A stretch of 64,000 nt of DNA from the human T2T-CHM13v2.0 reference genome, Homo sapiens, in the NCBI RefSeq assembly GCF_009914755.1, contig NC_060937.1, one strand, 5' to 3'. Made by a program: the position numbers and the translations under genes. Shown one piece after another: positions 31,014 through 62,600 of the stretch (its first letter is position 1; every line of letters starts with the position of its first letter). Under the pieces are notes generated by a model, which was not told the DNA's origin, did no database searches, and saw nothing but the letters and a program-made list of their open reading frames with translations.

Positions 31014-33422
31014 CTAAGACAACAGTGGGAACCACTGTGACGGGAGAAACCGCTGGCGCCTCCCGCATGCGCATTGGCTGAGCCGACTAACGCTCCACTC
31101 CTGACAGATGGGCTGCGTCCCCTTTAAATATCGCCACCGCCGCGCGGCGGCCGCGATGCTCCTGCTGCCGCCCCGGCGTCGGCTGTGTCCTGGGTCCTGT
31201 TTGGGGCGGCGTGGGAGCGGGGGCCGCGGGTGTCTCGTCGTGTCACAGGCCCAAACCCCCAGGGCTCCTGTCCTCAGGACCTGCTTGAGCCGATTTCCAG
31301 CGAGGGAGGGGGAGCTTCAGGACGCCTGCTGTGTGCTCCGGACTCCCGTTGAGATCCCATTCTGGCCCCCTCCGAGTGACATAGGATGGGCTCACCACAT
31401 CTGGTCAGGCCGGCAGGGCCTCGCTGCAGCACACAATGACCCAATAGCTCTCAAGGCCTAGTGTCAGAGCAAATTCACCGATCCATCAGCCCTCTGCCTC
31501 CCTCCTCCTTTGAAAGAGCAGTGGCCTGCCCCGCTTGTAAAAGCCCAGGGGTTCCGGAAAGCCGACCGTGCTTAAAAGGACAACTGCAAAGAGGAAGAGA
31601 GGCGAAATCCAGGGGGAGATCATGTGACCACGCGTGGCACTGGCCAATCCCACAGCAGTTGGTGTTAACGTGTGACACCGGAGGCAAACGGGGCGACGGC
31701 GAAACGAAGGGTGGGGTCCATGCACGTGCCGGTGGAAGGGGGAAACGGGTGACCTTTCCATCAATGCCAAGGAAAATCAAACAACACCTGGGACCCGGAG
31801 GGTGTGGGGGACGTCTGTGCCTCACCCAAGCCACGTTTTCAAATGCCTACCAGAGGAACAAAGATGTTTCTGCCAATTTCGCAACACCCCCAATCCTCCA
31901 CCGACCTCGTAGCCCTGACGCAACTTCGGCTGGCACAAACCCACAAAGAGTGGGAAAGAAACACACAGAGACTGAGAGACAGAGGGAGAAGAGAGAATGG
32001 GAGACAAACACACAGACACACACACACACACGCAGAGTCATACAGCACATTCATTGAAACACACACCCCCTGGCAACCCCTGAGGCTCGGGGGTTCTGCT
32101 CTGGAGGAGAACGACCCTCGGGTGAGAGAGCAGCCCAGGGGCACGCAGGCCGACCCGTCCTCGAGATCACGGACAGCGGCGCGACTTTTGGCGAGACTCA
32201 CCCCAACCAACACCGTCCGTGCAGGCCTGAGGCTGGGATCCCGTGCTGCTTCCCCCGTCTCCACCTGGGGTTTCATCTTCATAGTCGGCCCTTTGCGACT
32301 GCTGGCATCAGGAGAGTTTCCCTTCGAGCCCGTGGAGAGGTGAGACCGGAGCCTCAGAGCCTCGATACCCAAGCACTGCCACGGAGGGCTCCTGCTCTGC
32401 AAAGCCTCGGGGACTGGTTTCTAAGACATCCGTGGGAACCACTGTGACCGGAGAAACCGCTGGGGCCTCGCGCATGCGCATTGGCTGAGCCGACTCACGC
32501 TCCACTCCTGACAGATAGGCTGCGTCCCCTTTAAATATTGCCACCGCCACGCGGCGGCCGCGATGCTCCTGCTGCCGCCGCGAAGGCGGCTGTGTCCTGG
32601 GTCCTGTTTGGGGTGGCATGGGAGAGGGGACCGCGGGTGTCTCGTCCTGTCCCAGGCGCAAACCCCCAGGGCTCCTGTCCTCAGGACCTGCTTGAGCCGA
32701 CTTCCACCATGGGAGGGGGAGCTTCAGGACGCCTGCTGTGTGCTCCGGACTCCCGTTGAGATCCCATTCTGGCTCCCTCGGAGTGACATAGGATGGGCTC
32801 ACCACATGTGGTCAGGCCGGCAGGGCCTCGCTGCAGCACACAATGACCCCATAGGTCTCAAGGCCTAGTGTCACAGCAAATTCACTCATCCATCAGCCCT
32901 CTGCCTCCCTCCTCCTTTGAAACTGCAGTGGCCTGCCCCGCTTGTAAAAGCCCAGGGGTTCCGGAAAGCCGAACGCGCTTTACAGGACAACTGCAAAGAG
33001 GAACAGAGGCGAAACCCAGGGGGAGACCATGTGACCACGCGTGGCACTGGCTAATCCCACAGCAGTTGGTGTTAATGTGTGTCACCGGAGGCATACGGGG
33101 CGACGGCGAAACGAAGGGTGGGGTCCAGGCATGTGCCGGTGGAAGGGGGAAACGGGTGACATTTCTGTCAGTGCCAAGGAAAATCAAACCACACCTGGGA
33201 ACCGGGAGGTGGGGGTGCCGACTGTGCCTGACCCAAGCCACGTTTTCAAATGCCTACCAGAGGAGCAAAGAGGTTTCTGCCAATTTCGCAACACCCCCAA
33301 TCCTCCACCGACCTGGTAGCCCTGACGCAACTTCGGCTGGCACAAACCCACAGAGAGTGGGAAAGAAACACACAGAGAGTGAGAGACAGAGAGAGAAGAG
33401 AGAATGGGAGACACACACACAG

Positions 33423-33453
<31 letters not shown>

Positions 33454-33538
33454 GAGTCATACAGCAGAGGCATTGAAACACACACCCCAGGCAGCCCCTG
33501 AGGCTCCGGGGTTCTGCTCTGGAGGAGAACGACCCTCA

Positions 33539-33838
<300 letters not shown>

Positions 33839-34285
33839 CTAAGACAACAGTGGGAACCACTGTGACGGGAGAATCCGCTGGCGCCTCACGCATGCGCATT
33901 GGCTGAGGCGACTCACGCTCCACTCCTGACAGATAGGCTGCGTCCCCTTTAAATTTCGCCACCGCCGCGCGGCGGCCGCGATGCTCCTGCTGCCGCCCCG
34001 GCGTCGGCTGTGTCCTGGGTCCTGTTTGGGGCGTCGTAGGAGCGGGGGCCGCGTGTGTCTCGTCGTGTCACAGGCCCAAACCCCCAGGGCTCCTGTCCTC
34101 AGGACCTGCTTGAGCCGATTTCCAGCGAGGGAGGGGGAGCTTCAGGACGCCTGCTGTGTGCTCCGGACTCCCGTTGAGATCCCATTCTGGCCCCCTCCGA
34201 GTGACATACGATGGGCTCACCACATCTGGTCAGGCTGGCAGGGCCTCGCTGCAGCACACAATGACCCCATAGGTCTCAAGGCCTA

Positions 34286-51269
<16,984 letters not shown>

Positions 51270-53235
51270 GTGTCAGAGCAAATTCACCGATCCATCAGCC
51301 CTCTGCCTCCCTCCTCCTTTGAAAGAGCAGTGGCCTGCCCCGCTTGTAAAAGCCCAGGGGTTCCGGAAAGCCGAACGCGCATTACAGGACAACTGCAAAG
51401 ACGAACAGAGGCGAAACCCAGGGGGAGACCATGTGACCACGCGTGGCACTGGCCAATCCCACAGCAGTTGGTGTTAATGTGTGTCATCGGAGGCATATGG
51501 GGCGACGGCGAAGCGAAGGATGGGGTCCAGGCATATGCCGGTGGAAGGGGGAAACGGGTGACATTTCCGTCAATGCCAAGGAAAATCAAACAACACCTGG
51601 GAACCGTGGGGTAGGGGGGCCTCCTGTGCCTGACCCAAGCCACGTTTTCAAATGCCTACCAGAGGAGCAAAGAGGTTTCTGCCAATTTCGCAACACCCCC
51701 AATCCTCCACCGACCTGGTAGCCCTGACGCAACTTCGGGTGGTACAAACCCACAGAGAGTGGGAAAGAAACACACAGAGAGTGAGAGACAGAGAGAGAAG
51801 AGAGAATGGGAGACACACACACAGACACACACGCACACACAGGCAGAGTCATACAGCAGAGGCATTGAACCCTGAGAACCCTAAGGCAACCCCTGAGGAT
51901 CCGGGGTTCTGCTCTGGAGGAGAACGACCCTCGGGTGAGAGAGCAGCCCAGGGGCACGCAGGCCGACCCGTCCTCGAGATCACGGACAGCGGCGCGACTT
52001 TTGGCGAGACTCACCCGAACCAACACCGTCCGTGCAGGCCTGAGGCTGGGATCCCGTGCTGCTTCCCCGGTCTCCACCTGGGGTTTCATCTTCATAGTCG
52101 GCCCTTTGCGACTGCTGGCATCAGGAGAGTTTCCCTTCGAGCCCGTGGAGAGGTGAGACCGGAGCCTCAGAGCCTCGATACCCAAGCACTGCCACGGAGG
52201 GCTCCTGCTCTGCAAAGCCTCGGGGACTGGTTTCTAAGACAACCGTGGGAACCACTGTGACCGGAGAAACCGCTGGGGCCTCGCGCATGCGCATTGGCTG
52301 AGCCGACTCACGCTCCACTCCTGACAGATAGGCTGCGTCCCCTTTAAATATTGCCACCGCCACGCGGCGGCCGCGATGCTCCTGCTGCCGCCGCGAAGGC
52401 GGCTGTCTCCTGGGTCCTGTTTGGGGCGGCATGGGAGAGGGGACCGCGGGTGTCTCGTCCTGTCCCAGGCCCAAACCCCCAGGGCTCCTGTCCTCAGGAC
52501 CTGCTTGAGCCGACTTCCACCAAGGGAGGGGGAGCTTCAGGACGCCTGCTGTGTTCTCTGGACTCCCGTTGAGATCCCATTCTGGCCCCCTCCGAGTGAC
52601 ATAGGATGGGCTCACCACATCTGCTCAGGCCGGCAGGGCCTCGCTGCAGCACACAATGACCCCATAGGTCTCAAGGCCTAGTGTCAGAGCAAATTCACTC
52701 ATCCATCAGCCCTCTGCCTCCCTCCTCCTTTGAAAGTGCAGTGGCCTGCCCCGCTTGTAAAAGCCCAGGGGTTCCGGAAAGCCGAACGCGCTTTACAGGA
52801 CAACTGCAAAGAGGAACAGAGGCGAAACCCAGGGGGAGACCATGTGACCACGCGTGGCACTGGCTAATCCCACAGCAGTTGGTGTTAATGTGTGTCACCG
52901 GAGGCATACGGGGCGACGGCGAAACGAAGGGTGGGGTCCAGGCATATGCCGGTGGAAGGGGGAAACGGGTGACATTTCTGTCAGTGCCAAGGAAAATCAA
53001 ACCACACCTGGGAACCGGGAGGTGGGGGTGCCGACTGTGCCTGACCCAAGCCACGTTTTCAAATGCCTACCAGAGGAGCAAAGAGGTTTCTGCCAATTTC
53101 GCAACACCCCCAATCCTCCACCGACCTGGTAGCCCTGACGCAACTTCGGCTGGCACAAACCCACAGAGAGTGGGAAAGAAACACACAGAGAGTGAGAGAC
53201 AGAGAGAGAAGAGAGAATGGGAGACACACACACAG

Positions 53236-53266
<31 letters not shown>

Positions 53267-56063
53267 GAGTCATACAGCAGAGGCATTGAAACACACACCC
53301 CAGGCAGCCCCTGAGGCTCCGGGGTTCTGCTCTGGAGGAGAACGACCCTCAGGTGAGGGAGCAGCCCAGGGGCACGCAGCCCGACACGTCCTCGAGATCA
53401 CGGACAGCGGCAAGGCTTTTGGCGAGACTCACCCCAACCAACACCGTCCGTGCAGGCCTGAGGCTGGGATCCCGTGCTGCTTCCCCCGTCTCCGCCGGGG
53501 GTTTCATCATCATGGTCGACCCTTTGCGACTGCTGTCATCAGGAGAGGTTCCCTTCGACCCTGTGGAGAAGTGAGGCCGGAGTCTCAGAGCCTCGATACC
53601 CAAGCACTGCCACGGAGGGCTCCTGCTCTGCCAAGCCTCGGGGACTGGTGCCTAAGACAACAGTGGGAACCACTGTGACGGGAGAATCCGCTGGCGCCTC
53701 ACGCATGCGCATTGGCTGAGGCGACTCACGCTCCACTCCTGACAGATAGGCTGCGTCCCCTTTAAATTTCGCCACCGCCGCGCGGCGGCCGCGATGCTCC
53801 TGCTGCCGCCCCGGCGTCGGCTGTGTCCTGGGTCCTGTTTGGGGCGTCGTAGGAGCGGGGGCCGCGGGTGTCTCGTCGTGTCACAGGCCCAAACCCCCAG
53901 GGCTCCTGTCCTCAGGACCTGCTTGAGCCGATTTCCAGCGAGGGAGGGGGAGCTTCAGGACGCCTGCTGTGTGCTCCGGACTCCCGTTGAGATCCCATTC
54001 TGGCCCCCTCCGAGTGACATACGATGGGCTCACCACATCTGGTCAGGCTGGCAGGGCCTCGCTGCAGCACACAATGACCCCATAGGTCTCAAGGCCTAGT
54101 GTCAGAGCAAATTCACCGATCCATCAGCCCTCTGCCTCCCTCCTCCTTTGAAAGAGCAGTGGCCTGCCCCGCTTGTAAAAGCCCAGGGGTTCCGGAAAGC
54201 CGAACGCGCATTACAGGACAACTGCAAAGACGAACAGAGGCGAAACCCAGGGGGAGACCATGTGACCACGCGTGGCACTGGCCAATCCCACAGCAGTTGG
54301 TGTTAATGTGTGTCATCGGAGGCATATGGGGCGACGGCGAAGCGAAGGATGGGGTCCAGGCATATGCCGGTGGAAGGGGGAAACGGGTGACATTTCCGTC
54401 AATGCCAAGGAAAATCAAACAACACCTGGGAACCGTGGGGTAGGGGGGCCTCCTGTGCCTGACCCAAGCCACGTTTTCAAATGCCTACCAGAGGAGCAAA
54501 GAGGTTTCTGCCAATTTCGCAACACCCCCAATCCTCCACCGACCTGGTAGCCCTGACGCAACTTCGGGTGGTACAAACCCACAGAGAGTGGGAAAGAAAC
54601 ACACAGAGAGTGAGAGACAGAGAGAGAAGAGAGAATGGGAGACACACACACAGACACACACGCACACACAGGCAGAGTCATACAGCAGAGGCATTGAACC
54701 CTGAGAACCCTAAGGCAACCCCTGAGGATCCGGGGTTCTGCTCTGGAGGAGAACGACCCTCGGGTGAGAGAGCAGCCCAGGGGCACGCAGGCCGACCCGT
54801 CCTCGAGATCACGGACAGCGGCGCGACTTTTGGCGAGACTCACCCGAACCAACACCGTCCGTGCAGGCCTGAGGCTGGGATCCCGTGCTGCTTCCCCGGT
54901 CTCCACCTGGGGTTTCATCTTCATAGTCGGCCCTTTGCGACTGCTGGCATCAGGAGAGTTTCCCTTCGAGCCCGTGGAGAGGTGAGACCGGAGCCTCAGA
55001 GCCTCGATACCCAAGCACTGCCACGGAGGGCTCCTGCTCTGCAAAGCCTCGGGGACTGGTTTCTAAGACAACCGTGGGAACCACTGTGACCGGAGAAACC
55101 GCTGGGGCCTCGCGCATGCGCATTGGCTGAGCCGACTCACGCTCCACTCCTGACAGATAGGCTGCGTCCCCTTTAAATATTGCCACCGCCACGCGGCGGC
55201 CGCGATGCTCCTGCTGCCGCCGCGAAGGCGGCTGTCTCCTGGGTCCTGTTTGGGGCGGCATGGGAGAGGGGACCGCGGGTGTCTCGTCCTGTCCCAGGCC
55301 CAAACCCCCAGGGCTCCTGTCCTCAGGACCTGCTTGAGCCGACTTCCACCAAGGGAGGGGGAGCTTCAGGACGCCTGCTGTGTTCTCTGGACTCCCGTTG
55401 AGATCCCATTCTGGCCCCCTCCGAGTGACATAGGATGGGCTCACCACATCTGCTCAGGCCGGCAGGGCCTCGCTGCAGCACACAATGACCCCATAGGTCT
55501 CAAGGCCTAGTGTCAGAGCAAATTCACTCATCCATCAGCCCTCTGCCTCCCTCCTCCTTTGAAAGTGCAGTGGCCTGCCCCGCTTGTAAAAGCCCAGGGG
55601 TTCCGGAAAGCCGAACGCGCTTTACAGGACAACTGCAAAGAGGAACAGAGGCGAAACCCAGGGGGAGACCATGTGACCACGCGTGGCACTGGCTAATCCC
55701 ACAGCAGTTGGTGTTAATGTGTGTCACCGGAGGCATACGGGGCGACGGCGAAACGAAGGGTGGGGTCCAGGCATATGCCGGTGGAAGGGGGAAACGGGTG
55801 ACGTTTCTGTCAGTGCCAAGGAAAATCAAACCACACCTGGGAACCGGGAGGTGGGGGTGCCGACTGTGCCTGACCCAAGCCACGTTTTCAAATGCCTACC
55901 AGAGGAGCAAAGAGGTTTCTGCCAATTTCGCAACACCCCCAATCCTCCACCGACCTGGTAGCCCTGACGCAACTTCGGCTGGCACAAACCCACAGAGAGT
56001 GGGAAAGAAACACACAGAGAGTGAGAGACAGAGAGAGAAGAGAGAATGGGAGACACACACACA

Positions 56064-56097
<34 letters not shown>

Positions 56098-56531
56098 GAG
56101 TCATACAGCAGAGGCATTGAAACACACACCCCAGGCAGCCCCTGAGGATCCGGGGTTCTGCTCTGGAGGAGAACGACCCTCGGGTGAGAGAGCAGCCCAG
56201 GAGCACGCAGGCCGACCCGTCCTCGAGATCACTGACCGCGGCGCGACTTTTGGCGAGACTCACCCCAACCAACACCGTCCGTGCAGGCCTGAGGCTGGGA
56301 TCCCGTGCTGCTTCCCCCGTCTCCGCCTGGGGTTTCATCTTCATAGTCGGCCCTTTGCGACTGCTGGCATCAGGAGAGTTTCCCTTTGAGCCCGTGGAGA
56401 GGTGAGGCCGGAGCCTCAGAGCCTCGATACCCAAGCACTGCCACGGAGGGCTCCTGCTCTGCAAAGCCTCGGGGACTGGTTTCTAAGACAACCGTGGGAA
56501 CCACTGTGACCGGAGAAACCGCTGGGGCCTC

Positions 56532-56627
56532 GCGCATGCGCATTGGCTGAGCCGACTCACGCTCCACTCCTGACAGATAGGCTGCGTCCCCTTTAAATAT
56601 CGCCACCGCCGCGCGGCGGCCGCGATG
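56532..56627 (+). promoter_or_regulatory. Promoter-like cassette (example copy; present in every SST1 unit)
   Basis: GCGCATGCGC (56532-41), ATTGGCT (56542-48), ATAGGCT (56577-83), TTTAAATA (56592-99), palindrome CCGCCGCGCGGCGG (56606-19), NotI (56616-23), ATG (56625). Confidence 0.55.
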
Positions 56628-59600
56628 CTCCTGCTGCCGCCGCGGCGGCGGCTGTGTCCTGGGTCCTGTTTGGGGCGGCATGGGAGAGTGGACCGCGGGT
56701 GTCTCGTCCTGTCCCAGGCCCAAACCCCCAGGGCTCCTGTCCTCAGGACCTGCTTGAGCCGACTTCCACCAAGGGAGGGGGAGCTTCAGGACGCCTGCTG
56801 TGTTCTCTGGACTCCCGTTGAGATCCCATTCTGGCCCCCTCCGAGTGACATAGGATGGGCTCACCACATGTGGTCAGGCCGGCAGGGCCTCGCTGCAGCA
56901 CACAATGACCCCATAGGTCTCAAGGCCTAGTGTCAGAGCAAACTCACTCATCCATCAGCCCTCTGCCTCCCTCCTCCTTTGAAAGTGGATTGGCCTGCCC
57001 CGCTTGTAAAAGCCCAGGGGTTCCGGAAAGCCGAACGCGCTTTGCAGGACAACTGCAAAGAGGAACAGAGGCGAAACCCAGGGGGAGACCATGTGACCAC
57101 GCGTGGCACTGGCCAATCCCACAGCAGTTGGTGTTAATGTGTGTCACCGGAGGCATACGGGGCGACGGCGAAACGAAGGGTGGGGTCCAGGCATATGCCG
57201 GTGGAAGGGGGAAACGGGAGACATTTCCGTCAACGCCAAGGAAAATCAAACAACACCTGGGAACCGTGGGGTAGGGGGGCCTCCTGTGCCTGACCCAAGC
57301 CACGTTTTCAAATGCCTACCAGAGGAGCAAAGAGGTTTCTGCCAATTTCGCAACACCCCCAATCCTCCACCGACCTGGTAGCCCTGAAGCAACTTCGGCT
57401 GGTACAAACCCAAAGAGAGTGGGAAAGAAACACACAGAGAGTGAGAGACAGAGAGAGAAGAGAGAATGGGAGACACACACACAGACACACACGCACACAC
57501 ACGCAGAGTCATACAGCAGAGGCATTGAAACACACACTCCCAGGCAACCCCTGAGGATCCGGGGTTCTGCTCTGGAGGAGAACGACCCTCGGGTGAGAGA
57601 GCAGCCCAGGAGCACGCAGGCCGACCCGTCCTCGAGATCACTGACCGCGGCGCGACGTTTGGCGACACTCACCCCAACCAACACCGTCCGTGCAGGCCTG
57701 AGGCTGGGATCCCGTGCTGCTTCCCCCGTCTCCACCTGGGGTTTCATCTTCATAGTCGGCCCTTTGCGACTGCTGGCATCAGGAGAGTTTCCCTTCGAGC
57801 CCGTGGAGAGGTGAGACCGGAGCCTCAGAGCCTCGATACCCAAGCACTGCCACGGAGGGCTCCTGCTCTGCAAAGCCTCGGGGACTGGTTTCTAAGACAA
57901 ACGTGAGAACCACTGTGACCGGAGAAACCGCTGGGGCCTCGCGCATGCGCATTGGCTGAGCTGACTCACACTCCACTCCTGACAGATAGGCTGCGTCCCC
58001 TTTAAATATCGCCACCGCCGCGCGGCGGCCGCGATGCTCCTGCTGCCGCCGCGGCGGTGGCTGTGTCCTGGGTCCTGTTTGGGGCGGCATGGGAGAGGGG
58101 ACCGCGGGTGTCTCGTCCTGTCCCAGGCCCAAACCCCCAGGGCTCCTGTCCTCAGGACCTGCTTGAGCCGTCTTCCACCAAGGGAGGGGGAGCGTCAGGA
58201 CGCCTGCTGTGTTCTCTGGACTCCCGTTGAGATCCCATTCTGGCCCCCTCCGCGTGACATAGGATGGGCTCACCACATGTGGTCAGGCCGGCAGGGCCTC
58301 GCTGCAGCACACAATGACCCCATAGGTCTCAAGGCCTAGTGTCAGAGCAAACTCACTCATCCATCAGCCCTCTGCCTCCCTCCTCCTTTGAAAGTGCATT
58401 GGCCTGCCCCGCTTGTAAAAGCCCAGGGGTTCCGGAAAGCCGAACGCGCTTTACAGGACAACTGCAAAGAGGAACAGAGGCGAAATCCAGGGGGAGACCA
58501 TGTGACCACGCGTGGCACTGGCCAATCCCACAGCAGTTGGTGTTAATGTGTGTCACCGGAGGCATACGGGGCGACGGCGAAACGAAGGGTGGGGTCCAGG
58601 CATATGCCGGTGGAAGGGGGAAACGGGTGACATTTCTGTCAACGCCAAGGAAAAACAAACAACACCTGGGAACCGTGGGGTAGGGGGGCCTCCTGTGCCT
58701 GACCCAAGCCACGTTTTCAAATGCCTACCAGAGGAGCAAAGAGGTTTCTGCCAATTTCGCAACACCCCCAATCCTCCACCGAACTGGTAGCCCTGACGCA
58801 ACTTCGGCTGGTACAAACCCACAGAGAGTGGGAAAGAAACACACAGAGAGTGAGAGACAGAGAGAGAAGAGAGAATGGGAGACACACACACAGACACACA
58901 CGCACACACACGCAGAGTCATACAGCAGAGGCTTTGAAACACACACTCCCAGGCAACCCCTGAGGATCCGGGGTTCTGCTCTGGAGGAGAACGACCCTCG
59001 GGTGAGAGAGCAGCCCAGGAGCACGCAGGCCGACCCGTCCTCGAGATCACTGACCGCGGCGCGACTTTTGGCGAGACTCACCCCAACCAACACCGTCCGT
59101 GCAGGCCTGAGGCTGGGATCCCGTGCTGCTTCCCCCGTCTCCGCCTGGGGTTTCATCTTCATAGTCGGCCCTTTGCGACTGCTGGCATCAGGAGAGTTTC
59201 CCTTTGAGCCCGTGGAGAGGTGAGGCCGGAGTCTCAGAGCCTCGATACCCAAGCACTGCCACGGAGGGCTCCTGCTCTGCAAAGCCTCGGGGACTGGTTT
59301 CTAAGACAACCGTGAGAACCACTGTGACCGGAGAAACCGCTGGGGCCTCGCGCATGCGCATTGGCTGAGCCGACTCACGCTCCACTCCTGATAGGCTGCG
59401 TCCCCTTTAAATATCGCCACCGCCGCGCGGCGGCCGCGATGCTCCTGCTGCCGCCGCGGCGGTGGCTGTGTCCTGGGTCCTGTTTGGGGCGGCATGGGAG
59501 AGGGGACCGCGGGTGTCTCGTCCTGTCCCAGGCCCAAACCCCCAGGGCTCCTGTCCTCAGGACCTGCTTGAGCCGACTTCCACCAAGGGATGGGGAGCAT

Positions 59601-62600
59601 CAGGACGCCTGCTGTGTTCTCTGGACTCCCGTTGAGATCCCATTCTGGCCCCCTCCGCGTGACATAGGATGGGCTCACCACATGTGGTCAGGCCGGCAGG
59701 GCCTCGCTGCAGCACACAATGACCCCATAGGTCTCAAGGCCTAGTGTCAGAGCAAACTCACTCATCCATCAGCCCTCTACCTCCCTCCTCCTTTGAAAGT
59801 GCATTGGCCTGCCCCGCTTGTAAAAGCCCAGGGGTTCCGGAAAGCCGAACGCGCTTTACAGGACAACTGCAAAGAGGAACAGAGGCGAAATCCAGGGGGA
59901 GACCATGTGACCACGCGTGGCACTGGCCAATCCCACAGCAGTTGGTGTTAATGTGTGTCACCGGAGGCATACGGGGCGACGGCGAAACGAAGGGTGGGGT
60001 CCAGGCATATGCCGGTGGAAGGGGGAAACGGTTGACATTTCCGTCAACGCCAAGGAAAAACAAACAACACCTGGGAACCGTGGGGTAGGGGGGCCTCCTG
60101 TGCCTGACCCAAGCCACGTTTTCAAATGCCTACCAGAGGAGCAAAGAGGTTTCTGCCAATTTCGCAACACCCCCAATCCTCCACCGAACTGGTAGCCCTG
60201 ACGCAACTTCGGCTGGTACAAACCCACAGAGAGTGGGAAAGAAACACACAGAGAGTGAGAGACAGAGAGAGAAGAGAGAATGGGAGACACACACACAGAC
60301 ACACACGCACACACACGCAGAGTCATACAGCAGAGGCTTTGAAACACACACTCCCAGGCAACCCCTGAGGATCCGGGGTTCTGCTCTGGAGGAGAACGAC
60401 CCTCGGGTGAGAGAGCAGCCCAGGAGCACGCAGGCCGACCCGTCCTCGAGATCACTGACCGCGGCGCGACTTTTGGCGAGACTCACCCCAACCAACACCG
60501 TCCGTGCAGGCCTGAGGCTGGGATCCCGTGCTGCTTCCCCCGTCTCCGCCTGGGGTTTCATCTTCATAGTCGGCCCTTTGCGACTGCTGGCATCAGGAGA
60601 GTTTCCCTTCGAGCCCGTGAAGAGGTGAGACCGGAGCCTCAGAGCCTCGATACCCAAGCACTGCCACGGAGGGCTCCTGCTCTGCAAAGCCTCGGGGACT
60701 GGTTTCTAAGACAACCGTGGGAACCACTGTGACCGGAGAAACCGCTGGGGCCTCCCGCGTGCGCATTGGCTGAGCCGACTCACGCTCCACTCCTGACAGA
60801 TAGGCTGCGTCCCCTTTAAATATCGCCACCGCCGCGCGGCGGCCGCGATGCTCCTGCTGCCGCCGCGGCGGCGGCTGTGTCCTGGGTCCTGTTTGGGGCG
60901 GCATGGGAGAGGGGACCGCGGGTGTCTCGTCCTGTCCCAGGCCCAAACCCCCAGGGCTCCTGTCCTCAGGACCTGCTTGAGCCGACTTCCACCAAGGGAG
61001 GGGGAGCTTCAGGACGCCTGCTGTGTTCTCTGGACTCCCGTTGAGATCCCATTCTGGCCCCCTCCGAGTGACATAGGATGGGCTCACCACATGTGGTCAG
61101 GCCGGCAGGGCCTCGCTGCAGCACACAATGACCCCATAGGTCTCAAGGCCTAGTGTCAGAGCAAATTCATCGATCCATCAGCCCTCTGCCTCCCTCCTCC
61201 TTTGAAAGAGCAGTGGCCTGCCCGGCTTGTAAAAGCCCAGGGGTTCCGGAAAGCCGAACGCGCTTTACAGGACAACTGCAAAGAGGAACAGAGGCGAAAC
61301 CCAGGGGGAGACCATGTGACCACGCGTGGCACTGGCCAATCCCACAGCAGTTGGTGTTAATGTGTGTCACCGGAGGCATACGCGGCGACGGCGAAACGAA
61401 GGGTGGGGTCCAGGCATATGCCGGTGGAAGGGGGAAACGGGTGACATTTCCGTCAACGCCAAGGAAAATCAAACAACACCTGGGAACCGTGGGGAAGGGG
61501 GGCCTCCTGTGCCTGACCCAAGCCACGTTTTCAATTGCCTACCAGAGGAGCAAAGAGGTTTCTGCCAATTTCGCAACACCCCCAATCCTCCACCGACCTC
61601 GTAGCCCTGAAGCAACTTCGGCTGGTACAAACCCACAGAGAGTGGGAAAGAAACACACAGAGAGTGAGAGACAGAGAGAGAAGAGAGAATGGGAGACACA
61701 CACACAGACACACACGCACACACACGCAGAGTCATACAGCAGAGGCATTGAACCCTGAGAACCCTGAGGCAACCCCTGAGGATCCGGGGTTCTGCTCTGG
61801 AGGAGAACGACCCTCGGGTGAGAAAGCAGCCCAGGAGCACGCAGGCCGACCCGTCCTCGAGATCACGGACTGCGGTAAGGCTTTTGGCGAGACTCACCCC
61901 AACCAACACCGTCTGTGCAGGCCTGAGGCTGGGATCCCGTGCTGCTTCCCCCGTCTCCGCCTGGGGTTTCATCATCATGGTCGGCCCTTTGCGACTGCTG
62001 TCATCAGGAGAGGTTCCCTTCGACCCCGTGGAGAGGTGAGGCCGGAGTCTCAGAGCCTCGATACACAAGCACTGCCACGGAGGGCTCCTGCTCTGCAAAG
62101 CCTCGGGGACTGGTTTCTAAGACAACCGTGGGAACCACTGTGACCGGAGAAACCGCTGGGGCCTCGCGCATGCGCATTGGCTGAGCCGACTCACGCTCCA
62201 CTCCTGACAGATAGGCTGCGTCCCCTTTAAATATCGCCACCGCCGCGCGGCGGCCGCGATGCTCCTGCTGCCGCCGCGGCGGCGGCTGTGTCCTGGGTCC
62301 TGTTTGGGGCGGCATGGGAGAGGGGACGGCGGGTGTCTCGTCCTGTCCCAGGCCCAAACCCCCAGGGCTCCTTTCCTCAGGACCTGCTTGAGCCGACTTC
62401 CACCAAGGGAGGGGGAGCTTCAGGACGCCTGCTGTGTTCTCTGGACTCCCGTTGAGATCCCATTCTGGCCCCCTCCGCGTGACATAGGATGGGCTCACCA
62501 CATGTGGTCAGGCCGGCAGGGCCTCGCTGCAGCACACAATGACCCCATAGGTCTCAAGGCCTAGTGTCAGAGCAAACTCACTCATCCATCAGCCCTCTAC

